Sequence record: NC_048779.1
Strand: one strand, 5' to 3'
DNA: 64,000 nucleotides
Both the position numbers and the translations under genes were made by a program. Shown here piece after piece: positions 28,343-36,214 of this stretch (the stretch's first letter is position 1; each line of letters starts with the position of its first letter). The notes below the pieces were generated by a model. The model made no database searches. It saw only the letters and a list, made by a program, of their open reading frames with translations, and was not told the DNA's origin.

Positions 28343-28821
28343 GGTATTCTCCCTAAAGCCTTGATACACCTAGCTGCACGATACCCCACTTTAAAGTTAC
28401 CTTTATCAGTGATTCGCATCGTGTCTTGCTGACGATAGATTAGAGCGATTAGATCATGGACTATCAATAACCTTTCTTTCAGTTGACGGTCTCCTCTGCT
28501 TAGATAGAGACACGTTTGAATCTGGTTCATGATACCCGTGTAGAAATGTTTACCAGTGTCGTAACTCAAATAAGTAGTGGATGAGTCACTGCTGGTGTTC
28601 AAATCTTCATCTAAGACGTTTTCTAATCCGTTAGAAATTAACACTAAAGAGAAAGACTTGTTGGAGTCAGAGCACTCGAAATTGAGCACCAATCTTCCGG
28701 CTTCCTCTGTCCTCAAGGTAACGTAATAAAAGTCACCAACACCATGGTATTTAGTATTGAGGGCGTGTATTCCCGCCCCCACTAAAACCACGACCAATAA
28801 TCCCATCCACATTAAAGTCAT
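28339..28821 (-). CDS. N-terminally membrane-anchored hypothetical protein, ~160 aa
   Basis: Likely start MTLMW at 28821 (ATGA overlap); one TM helix. Confidence 0.7.
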   Translation of the reverse strand: MTLMWMGLLVVVLVGAGIHALNTKYHGVGDFYYVTLRTEEAGRLVLNFECSDSNKSFSLVLISNGLENVLDEDLNTSSDSSTTYLSYDTGKHFYTGIMNQIQTCLYLSRGDRQLKERLLIVHDLIALIYRQQDTMRITDKGNFKVGYRAARCIKALGRIP

Positions 28822-29477
28822 GCTGGTTGTTGCAACCACTTGTATGAAACTTTAGGCTGAACAGAATCCGATTGGATTTTGTAACTCAACGCATTCACTT
28901 TAGAGAACTCTTTGCTCGCTGATACAATCGAGTTAAACATCTCTGGTGAATAAACTTGTGAAGCTAATTGCATCTCTTCGTATTCGAAGCCAAACAACAA
29001 ATCACGTAGCAAACCCATGTCGAACTTGACACGGTCTTCAGACATGGTCAGTTGTTGCTGTAAACACATGTCGATGATTTGTTCACCCAACAAGTTAATG
29101 TCCAAGTAATGAGAGTCAGTATTCACACCTCGGAATGTGTAGACACGTTTTCCGAAGTATTGTTGCATGTGAGGTTTAGCGTAAGTTGGACGCTGACGAC
29201 CTTCACGGAAAGCAAAGATTTCCAACTCCTCTCCGTCAATGCTTTTAACAAACTCTTCCACTTGTTCTCTTTTAGTTGGATAGAAGTGTGCTTCAAACCC
29301 AAGCTCTGACCTTACGACATTACTCGCTTTCACGATAATGATGCCGCGGGTATTGGTTACTTCAAAGGTGAAACTTTTATTAGGGTCACGACGCAACCCG
29401 TTAAAGTAAGTGTAAAGCGCCACAACGCTTAAAGTAAAGATGATAGCTAACGCTGCTTGTAAAGTTGTGAATTCCAT
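28818..29477 (-). CDS. N-terminally membrane-anchored hypothetical protein, 219 aa
   Basis: TM AALAIIFTLSVVALYTYF. Confidence 0.75.
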   Translation of the reverse strand: MEFTTLQAALAIIFTLSVVALYTYFNGLRRDPNKSFTFEVTNTRGIIIVKASNVVRSELGFEAHFYPTKREQVEEFVKSIDGEELEIFAFREGRQRPTYAKPHMQQYFGKRVYTFRGVNTDSHYLDINLLGEQIIDMCLQQQLTMSEDRVKFDMGLLRDLLFGFEYEEMQLASQVYSPEMFNSIVSASKEFSKVNALSYKIQSDSVQPKVSYKWLQQPA

Positions 29478-29479
29478 GA

Positions 29480-29962
29480 TTATTTCTCTTCTTGCAGTTG
29501 ATTAAGGTACGCTACGTACTCGTTACGTGCTTTACGTAATTCGTTACGTGTTGTACGGCTATGGTCTTCTCTCAATGTGCCTTTCAGCATCACTTCAATA
29601 AGATCTAAGTCGTTGTGTAAAGTGATTGGGTTCTTAGGGTCAAGGTCATTGAAAGCCAGAGCTTCTAAGATACCCATGTGGTATTCATGTGCAGATTGAT
29701 CTTCGCCGCTTAACTCTAACATATAAGCACCAGTTTCTTGCTCGTAACTTAGTTTTGTTAGACGACGATTAGAACGTGCGATGTGTAGGTACAACTCACG
29801 ACCTTTAGTGTTATAGATAGAGATAGCTAAACGATCTTCCGTCACAGCTGAACGTGCAGTTAGTTTGATCGGACCATCTGTGTACTTTTGTTTAAATGAA
29901 TGGTACGCAAGACCAATAGCAATGAAAGCAAGTACAATAAGAGTGATAAATAGAGTAGTCAT
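29480..29962 (-). CDS. N-terminally membrane-anchored hypothetical protein, 160 aa
   Basis: GGAGG SD; TM LFITLIVLAFIAIGLAY. Confidence 0.75.
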   Translation of the reverse strand: MTTLFITLIVLAFIAIGLAYHSFKQKYTDGPIKLTARSAVTEDRLAISIYNTKGRELYLHIARSNRRLTKLSYEQETGAYMLELSGEDQSAHEYHMGILEALAFNDLDPKNPITLHNDLDLIEVMLKGTLREDHSRTTRNELRKARNEYVAYLNQLQEEK

Positions 29963-30072
29963 ACATCCTCCGGGATGATAAATTTAAAGAGTTTATGTAA
30001 GAAACGCCACCAATAACTGATGGCTTTCGCTAAATAGTAGAAAACTATGAGGAAGGCTATCAGTTTGATCAT
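29959..30072 (-). CDS. Small membrane peptide, 37 aa (below track cut-off): MIKLIAFLIVFYYLAKAISYWWRFLHKLFKFIIPEDV
   Basis: Translated by hand; GGAG SD; stop overlaps next ATG (ATGA). Confidence 0.65.
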   Translation of the reverse strand: MIKLIAFLIVFYYLAKAISYWWRFLHKLFKFIIPEDV

Positions 30073-30103
30073 GATGGTACTCCGTCCGATCAATTGATAA
30101 AAA

Positions 30104-30123
30104 AGGAGAGACTAAGCTCTCCT
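30104..30123 (-). terminator. Intrinsic terminator
   Basis: aggagag-actaag-ctctcct followed by a T tract on the minus strand. Confidence 0.6.
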
Positions 30124-30141
30124 ATCGAATTACTTTAGTGC

Positions 30142-30585
30142 TTACCAAACAGCTTCCTTGGTATACAAGTGACGTAGCTGTAATGTCATGAAGTTTGAGA
30201 GTACGTACTTACGTAACTTACGCATGCTTGAAGCATGACGGAACATGAAGTCTTCGCCCTCAAGATTATCGGTCATGATTTTGTAAAGGAACTCACCAGC
30301 CGGACCACTCTCTCGAATGTCTTTAGTGGTGAGCGATCTACGGAGATATTCAGTGTCCGCTACTGAACGACTGACTACCAATGTATCTCCATCATAGCGA
30401 TGTTCTTCGTCATGCTGACTCAACTTTAAGATAATGCGGTGATCACCTTGTTTGGTCTTGAAAGTGAATGACACACGATTACCTAAAATACTTGAACCGT
30501 ACTCGTATGGATCGATGCTGTTATGGTAAGAGTAAACCACCCATGCTACGAAAAGTAGCGTGATAACCGCAATAGTAATGTACAT
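30142..30585 (-). CDS. N-terminally membrane-anchored hypothetical protein, ~147 aa
   Basis: Likely start MYITIAV at 30585 (AAGGA SD); TM helix; directly behind early promoter. Confidence 0.7.
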   Translation of the reverse strand: MYITIAVITLLFVAWVVYSYHNSIDPYEYGSSILGNRVSFTFKTKQGDHRIILKLSQHDEEHRYDGDTLVVSRSVADTEYLRRSLTTKDIRESGPAGEFLYKIMTDNLEGEDFMFRHASSMRKLRKYVLSNFMTLQLRHLYTKEAVW

Positions 30586-30643
30586 AAATGTTTCCTTATT
30601 AAAGGTTGATTGATTAATGAATAACTCATTGTTATTCACCTTG

Positions 30644-30660
30644 GTTATATAGACTTGAAA
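30644..30660 (-). promoter_or_regulatory. Putative early (vRNAP) promoter TTTCAAGTCTATATAAC
   Basis: Exact copy of 19201-19217 within an ~86-bp duplicated leader. Confidence 0.65.
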
Positions 30661-30696
30661 AAGACTGTATGTTAAAAAAATAAAGATTGCAAATAG

Positions 30697-30726
30697 GACC
30701 CCTACTCCCGTTAAGGAGTAGAGGTC
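30697..30726 (-). terminator. Intrinsic terminator (CCTACTCC family)
   Basis: 12-bp stem with one G.U pair that forms only on the minus strand; A7TA3 at 30674-30684. Confidence 0.75.
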
Positions 30727-30732
30727 AGATGC

Positions 30733-31179
30733 TTAGCTAAACAACTTACGTGCTAAAGATTCATTTGACTCTCGTTGAGCCGCCAACCAATCACTGGCTT
30801 CTTCAGTGTGTTGGAAATCTGTGATAGTGGTACTAACGCCATACAGTTTATCGTCACCCACTTCCATTTGAAGATTGTGTTGAGTGTTAAATGTTAGACC
30901 CGGTAGAGATAGAGTACCTTCTGTATTTACGTGCTCTTCGTTCTTACCGTGAAGGTCACGAGTGATTTCCGCGTTGGTTGCTTCCACAGCACCGCTTAGT
31001 TGGTTAAAGTAGTTTACGTGGTTTTGAATAGTTTCGCCTGTTACGCCTTCAGGCATTTCCAGTTTGTCTGCATCAAACACTACTACGTTAGTGGCTTTAT
31101 CGTAGTTATGATTCTTCTTTAGGTTTTCGATAAGCGATTTTTGAAGGTCAGAGTAGTTTGGTTGAGTTTCTTTAGACAT
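30733..31179 (-). CDS. Hypothetical protein, 148 aa, monocistronic early-type gene
   Basis: GAGG SD; flanked by its own promoter motif and terminator. Confidence 0.75.
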   Translation of the reverse strand: MSKETQPNYSDLQKSLIENLKKNHNYDKATNVVVFDADKLEMPEGVTGETIQNHVNYFNQLSGAVEATNAEITRDLHGKNEEHVNTEGTLSLPGLTFNTQHNLQMEVGDDKLYGVSTTITDFQHTEEASDWLAAQRESNESLARKLFS

Positions 31180-31214
31180 GTGTAGCCTCGATTACGATTA
31201 ATGATAAATAAAAG

Positions 31215-31238
31215 GGGAACTAATGAATGTTAGTTCCC
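31215..31238 (-). terminator. Terminator-like hairpin between promoter and gene start
   Basis: gggaactaa-tgaatg-ttagttccc followed by CTTTTATTT on the minus strand. Confidence 0.55.
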
Positions 31239-31264
31239 AAGACGCTTTGGTCTCGTACACCTAA

Positions 31265-31287
31265 GTTATATAGGTGTGAAAATATTT
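31265..31287 (-). promoter_or_regulatory. Putative early promoter AAATATTTTCACACCTATATAAC
   Basis: Same consensus as 19201, 30644 and 53719. Confidence 0.65.
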
Positions 31288-31291
31288 AGGT

Positions 31292-31957
31292 TTACTGTAG
31301 GGTTTCTGGAAGATTGATGCGAACTGAACTGATGTCAGTGACCAGTTCAAATAAATCCATGTACTGCTTAGCACCGATTACATTTGTGACTTCCGCCCAG
31401 AATAAATCACGGTGATCGTTCATTTGAGTCACTAGATCTTCATCTAAGTTGTCCAGTAACATCACACCTGCGTAATCCATATCCGCTAACCCGAACTTAC
31501 GTACGCCGTACTCAAAAGTTAAACGTGCGATGGCCTCAGGTGTTTCTTCTTTCTGAATGATTGATTCAACCAGTAGCTGATCGTAACCGATTACTGTAGA
31601 AAGGATAGTGGCAAAGGCGCGGTCAAAGGTAAGGTTTGTTACTGCGGCCATGCGAGAAATTGTTGAGGTAAAGCGGTCATCTTTCTCAACGATGATGTCG
31701 TCACTATAACCATTAAGAGTTTTACCTTTTGCGTCCAAACACAGTTTTAATACCGCCGCAGAAAAAGACTTTAGAGATTCAGTCTTAAGGTTGCTGAAAG
31801 CCACTTTCTCAATAAGGTGAGAGCCACTTGCACGATCACGGAAACCGTCCCATACGGTACGGGCGCTGTTCTCGATTCCTTTAATGATCATTACTTCACC
31901 GCGAACAGAAGCCATGGCAGAGACGATTGCTAATTTTTGTGGGTATGATGCGTACAT
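31292..31957 (-). CDS. Hypothetical protein, ~221 aa
   Basis: Likely start MYASYPQK at 31957 (AAGGA SD). Confidence 0.65.
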   Translation of the reverse strand: MYASYPQKLAIVSAMASVRGEVMIIKGIENSARTVWDGFRDRASGSHLIEKVAFSNLKTESLKSFSAAVLKLCLDAKGKTLNGYSDDIIVEKDDRFTSTISRMAAVTNLTFDRAFATILSTVIGYDQLLVESIIQKEETPEAIARLTFEYGVRKFGLADMDYAGVMLLDNLDEDLVTQMNDHRDLFWAEVTNVIGAKQYMDLFELVTDISSVRINLPETLQ

Positions 31958-32035
31958 CTTTTTATTCCTTTTTAATTCAGGGTGATTACCAATATATTTA
32001 CCACCCAAGTAAAAATTTATTAAAAGCAAAGAAGA

Positions 32036-32053
32036 GGACGGGAAACCCCGCCC
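32036..32053 (-). terminator. Intrinsic terminator after head protease
   Basis: ggacggg-aaac-cccgccc (G.U pair on minus), followed by T-rich sequence. Confidence 0.6.
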
Positions 32054-32065
32054 ACTTAAATTTCC

Positions 32066-32959
32066 CTAGAACAAGTTCATAGGGTTTACAGTAGTCACTG
32101 TTTTACGTTCACCGTTAACGAAGTGTCGGTTCTTCTTCAACGTACTCAGCATTTCGTTGAGTTGGTTGAAAGACTCCATGCCTTCTCGTGTAACGATGTC
32201 GTTCTTGTTACCTAGACACGTCTCCATGATCTCAATGGATTCTTTCGCACTAAGGGTGATCTCAGAACTCTCTCCACAAGATAGGTCTTGGATGAGGGAC
32301 TCCATACCACCCACGGCACTCATGTCAGTGCGGTACTTAGTGGCTTCCGCAAAACCCGGTTCTGGAACCCAGTCGAGACCAGTCCAATATTCAACTTCAC
32401 GAACCACCGCTCCAAATTGTTGTGGTGCAGTAACCGTGCGAATAGAAACCGCTGTACCCATACGAGGGGTATCAAGGTTTTCTTTGAACATATGTCCGAA
32501 AGGGCCATGAGGTTTTGTTTCGATATCAAAGGTAACCGGACCTTGCATGGTAGCGCGATTAAACTTATCGAAGTTTGGAATGATGTTACCGATGGAAGCA
32601 CAAATGCGATCCATATCAATGGTCTTGAGTCGGTTGATCCATGTCATTAAGTCAGTGATGCGAGTGCGTACAACTTGACCGTCAACCTTTTCATAAAACC
32701 ACTGTACCGGGTGATTCATTTCCATGTAGGCTTCACCACGCTCAATACGACGTCGTAGGTCGCTACCAGACCCAACCGTAGGACCTTCTTCCAAACACTC
32801 CAGCAAGTACTGGTTCATTCGGTAAACGATCCCCATTCGGTTAGGCATGTTAAACCCACCGCCCGCGATAGTGTAGTACCCGTCTTTGTCCGGAACTAAG
32901 ATACCTTTGTTGTCAGCATTAGCCAACTCGATGTTGCCGTAAGTTAGTTTGTTACTCAT
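32066..32959 (-). CDS. Prohead (head maturation) serine protease, phiKZ gp175-like, 297 aa
   Basis: E.NHP and VSIR motifs (catalytic His/Ser positions of this family as I recall them); synteny downstream of gp176/gp177-like genes and vRNAP genes. Confidence 0.75.
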   Translation of the reverse strand: MSNKLTYGNIELANADNKGILVPDKDGYYTIAGGGFNMPNRMGIVYRMNQYLLECLEEGPTVGSGSDLRRRIERGEAYMEMNHPVQWFYEKVDGQVVRTRITDLMTWINRLKTIDMDRICASIGNIIPNFDKFNRATMQGPVTFDIETKPHGPFGHMFKENLDTPRMGTAVSIRTVTAPQQFGAVVREVEYWTGLDWVPEPGFAEATKYRTDMSAVGGMESLIQDLSCGESSEITLSAKESIEIMETCLGNKNDIVTREGMESFNQLNEMLSTLKKNRHFVNGERKTVTTVNPMNLF

Positions 32960-33686
32960 CAGCGAAACCGCCCTTAATAATTAATTCTTCTGATGTCACA
33001 CGGGTGTCTTTATCCAACACCGCCATGATCAAGTTGTCTTGATCGTAACCACCTATCAAACGGTTGAACGTACCATCGATCAACAAACTACCGTTGTTCA
33101 ATCCCACCATGAGTGGAGGACGTCCTTCTAAAATGGCTTTAGAGTAACGGTAAGGTTTTGTAGGATCGTCAGGGTCACGTTCGTTAAGTGAAGTCATTAC
33201 TCGGAATACCGCAGGGGAACTCCCCACACTACGACCAGTAATTAAACCTGCTTGGTCAAACATAGAACGAACTTTCTTACCTTCGACGTACCACGGTAAT
33301 TTACTTAACCATGAAAACTCTCGGTAAAAGAAATAGTTCAAGTTAGGGTCTTGGATACTGCTCAGAGATCGGAAGACTAAATCACCTTCTTCAAACTCCA
33401 TGGTGAGGTATCGTTCACCATTGACCGACTCCTCCCCCATGTTACTTGGAGATAGGTTAAATTTACTCTGAACAAACATACTGAAGAACTGATCAGTTTT
33501 AGGATCCACAAACCCAACGACACCGATAGTTGTAACAACGTCAGTGACCGTTGCTAAGCTGGTCTCAACAAAACGTTGTGGGATGTACCCGACCAAAGAT
33601 CGGGTGGCAACCACGGAACCATCTTCAAGGTTTTTAAATACTTTACGGTTTAATAGTTGGTTACGGGTTAGTTTACTGGGTTCCAT
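32952..33686 (-). CDS. Conserved jumbo-phage protein, phiKZ gp176-like, 244 aa
   Basis: Size and synteny. Confidence 0.6.
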   Translation of the reverse strand: MEPSKLTRNQLLNRKVFKNLEDGSVVATRSLVGYIPQRFVETSLATVTDVVTTIGVVGFVDPKTDQFFSMFVQSKFNLSPSNMGEESVNGERYLTMEFEEGDLVFRSLSSIQDPNLNYFFYREFSWLSKLPWYVEGKKVRSMFDQAGLITGRSVGSSPAVFRVMTSLNERDPDDPTKPYRYSKAILEGRPPLMVGLNNGSLLIDGTFNRLIGGYDQDNLIMAVLDKDTRVTSEELIIKGGFADE

Positions 33687-33702
33687 CTATCCCGTCCTAT
33701 GA

Positions 33703-35193
33703 TTAAAGGTATTTACCGAAACAAAGTTGGGTGATACAACCAGTTACTGCTTCCGCTAGCTTACCGCGTTGTTGTTCCAACGTCATGTCGCTAGTCACTA
33801 CAGACTTCTCTAGGACGTCTGCGGCAAGTTCTAGACCTAATGTACGCGCAACAGCAATCGCGATGAATGGCGTGCTTAAGAATTCTTCCAGCGGGACGTT
33901 AGCTTGGATAACACGCTGACGGTAAGATGCATACCACTGGTTAGCCGAGGTTTCAATAGCAGAATACAGACGACGGTAGGCAAGGTCAGTGCCCATGTTT
34001 TCAATTTTGTCGCTGAATTCCGTGTGAGTCTTTTGGAACTCATTCACTGCTTCTTCGACAATATGTTTTACACGACTTTCTGATTCTTGAACGATCGCAT
34101 TTTGTACGGATTGAACGTACGCTCGGTAGACTTCAATGTACTCTTTAAGGTTGCCCATCAAAGACGGGATGTTTTTATCTTTACGATCAAAACAAGTTTT
34201 AGCGTAACCAATCAATGCTTCCGACAAAGAAACGTTGGATGCTTCTAATTCCGCAATGGCAGTGTCAGTTAGACCAACCGTGATATCACCGGATACGGTA
34301 TTGAACTCGTAAGCACGGTCCGCCATGTTCACTTTCAAGATAGGGAGTTTTAACCCCGCTAAAGTACGATAGTGGTTACGGATGTGCTGTAGAGTGTACG
34401 TTGCGATGTTCAGGATTTTGTTGATGTACGTACGGTACTCAGGAAGAGTCATACGTTCAACACCCGGTAGCACGTCGTCTTCAACAAACAAACGTGAAGC
34501 GATTACGTACAGGTGCATTAAACGACTAACATCCATGTACTTAGGAGTTAGGTTCAGTGTACCTTCTTTAACTTCAAACCAATGGTCCCAGTGACCATGA
34601 ACGAACAAGCTGTTGTAGATGTCCATCGCTAAACCAATGTCTAGCAAGTCATGCATCTCATCACTGTTGGTTTCCAGTAACTTACTGATACCTGTTTCAT
34701 CTAGTACCGGGAAGCAACCTGCGTGTTTTGCTAATTCACTCGTAGTGAAGCCCTGATAGTTAAACACCGGGTCAGGAGTCTTAGTAGGGAACATCACAGA
34801 ATCAAAGAACATGTGGTCAAGTTCAATGTAACGAACGTAGAGGTTGTTATGAACCGCAGTGATCGCACTCGTCGGAGTGTAGATGCCGTCCATGTTAGTT
34901 CGAATTTTAGAATCTAAAGGACGAAGGTATTGACGGATTTGGGTGAAGGCGTTGTTCACACCATCGGCAATCATCGTGATAGCTTGATCTTGAACCAAGT
35001 TATGTTCACTGTCCGCAGTAACGCCAGCCGGAACTTCTTTAACTAAGTTTTCTGGAGTCAGTGGTGTACTGCCCGTGCTCATCGCTACCAAGGTCTGGAT
35101 GAAGTCAGCAGTACGGTTAACCAACGGAGTTTCTTTTTCTTGTCGAGCCAAAGCAATAGGAGACGCGACCATAATAGAGTTAGTACTGATCAT
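33703..35193 (-). CDS. Virion head (internal) protein, phiKZ gp177-like, 496 aa
   Basis: GAGG SD; size and synteny. Confidence 0.6.
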   Translation of the reverse strand: MISTNSIMVASPIALARQEKETPLVNRTADFIQTLVAMSTGSTPLTPENLVKEVPAGVTADSEHNLVQDQAITMIADGVNNAFTQIRQYLRPLDSKIRTNMDGIYTPTSAITAVHNNLYVRYIELDHMFFDSVMFPTKTPDPVFNYQGFTTSELAKHAGCFPVLDETGISKLLETNSDEMHDLLDIGLAMDIYNSLFVHGHWDHWFEVKEGTLNLTPKYMDVSRLMHLYVIASRLFVEDDVLPGVERMTLPEYRTYINKILNIATYTLQHIRNHYRTLAGLKLPILKVNMADRAYEFNTVSGDITVGLTDTAIAELEASNVSLSEALIGYAKTCFDRKDKNIPSLMGNLKEYIEVYRAYVQSVQNAIVQESESRVKHIVEEAVNEFQKTHTEFSDKIENMGTDLAYRRLYSAIETSANQWYASYRQRVIQANVPLEEFLSTPFIAIAVARTLGLELAADVLEKSVVTSDMTLEQQRGKLAEAVTGCITQLCFGKYL

Positions 35194-35195
35194 GA

Positions 35196-35357
35196 TTACG
35201 CTTCCTCTTTGATAGACTTAGAAACAATTTCGACGACCTTTTCGTCTTCAACTGGCGGGAGGACTTCTAAACCGATTTTGGTTAAAGCACCCTTCACGAC
35301 TTCTTGGATGTTTGCGATCGTCAATACATCCGAAACGTACTGTTCAGGTTTTTTCAT
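35196..35357 (-). CDS. Small ORF, 53 aa (below track cut-off): MKKPEQYVSDVLTIANIQEVVKGALTKIGLEVLPPVEDEKVVEIVSKSIKEEA
   Basis: Translated by hand; TAATG overlap with endolysin stop; fills the gap exactly. Confidence 0.65.
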   Translation of the reverse strand: MKKPEQYVSDVLTIANIQEVVKGALTKIGLEVLPPVEDEKVVEIVSKSIKEEA

Positions 35358-36211
35358 TAAATGATGCTCCGATTTTTAGGCTTCATGCCTTCGTAATACA
35401 TACGGTAGATCGTCTCAGCGATCTCACCCACTAAAATATTGCCGTCTTTGTTTTTATCCAATCCACGGTTTTGACGATAGCCGATTGAACCTTCAACAAA
35501 CAATACTTCATCCAATGCTTTCCCAACGTAGGCTGGATAGAGAACACTCAAGTAAAAGTCTTCTAAGTTACGCATTGGTTTGCGTCGTGCGCGCATATCA
35601 AAATAAGGGAGGACACACTTCTCTAGTTGTTCGATTTGACCCATACTACGGATCTCATCTAAAGTGTACCCCAAGTCTTTTGCAGCAGGAGCCATGAATT
35701 GAATTAAACCAAAGGCGTTACTACCGCCTTGATTCTGGATTGCCGGATCAAATGTACGACCTGATTCAAACGCCATGACGGACATAACGTAATCACCAAC
35801 ACATGCGTCGTACCCACGTGCTTCGACCCATTCCTTCACGATTTGAGTGAAAGCTGTTGGAACACGTTCGGACCAAGCCAAGTCTAAATCTGGTTGATCG
35901 TTAAAACGACGATTAGCTAATACTAGGTTATCTAGAGCACGTTGACTACCTTTGCCCCAAATACCATCGACCTGACCAACATAAAAGCCAGTAAGACGAG
36001 CATTGTGTTGAAAAAGCTTAACCACGTCGATCGCTTTAGACCAAGCAGGGATATCTTTTAATTCTTCTTTTTTAATGACAGTATTAAAAAGACTAAGGGT
36101 AGCCATACGACTACCCTTACCCCAAATACCGTCAATCTTACTGTTGTACGTACCGGCGATTAAACAACCTAACTGGATACGTTTTACAGCGCCAATTAAC
36201 GCGAATGACAT
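35357..36211 (-). CDS. Modular endolysin: two peptidoglycan-binding repeats plus lysozyme-like (SLT-type) domain, 284 aa
   Basis: DGIWGKGS twice; VMAFESG (catalytic Glu), AFGLIQF, Y..N.GLD motifs. Confidence 0.85.
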   Translation of the reverse strand: MSFALIGAVKRIQLGCLIAGTYNSKIDGIWGKGSRMATLSLFNTVIKKEELKDIPAWSKAIDVVKLFQHNARLTGFYVGQVDGIWGKGSQRALDNLVLANRRFNDQPDLDLAWSERVPTAFTQIVKEWVEARGYDACVGDYVMSVMAFESGRTFDPAIQNQGGSNAFGLIQFMAPAAKDLGYTLDEIRSMGQIEQLEKCVLPYFDMRARRKPMRNLEDFYLSVLYPAYVGKALDEVLFVEGSIGYRQNRGLDKNKDGNILVGEIAETIYRMYYEGMKPKNRSII

Positions 36212-36214
36212 TTT

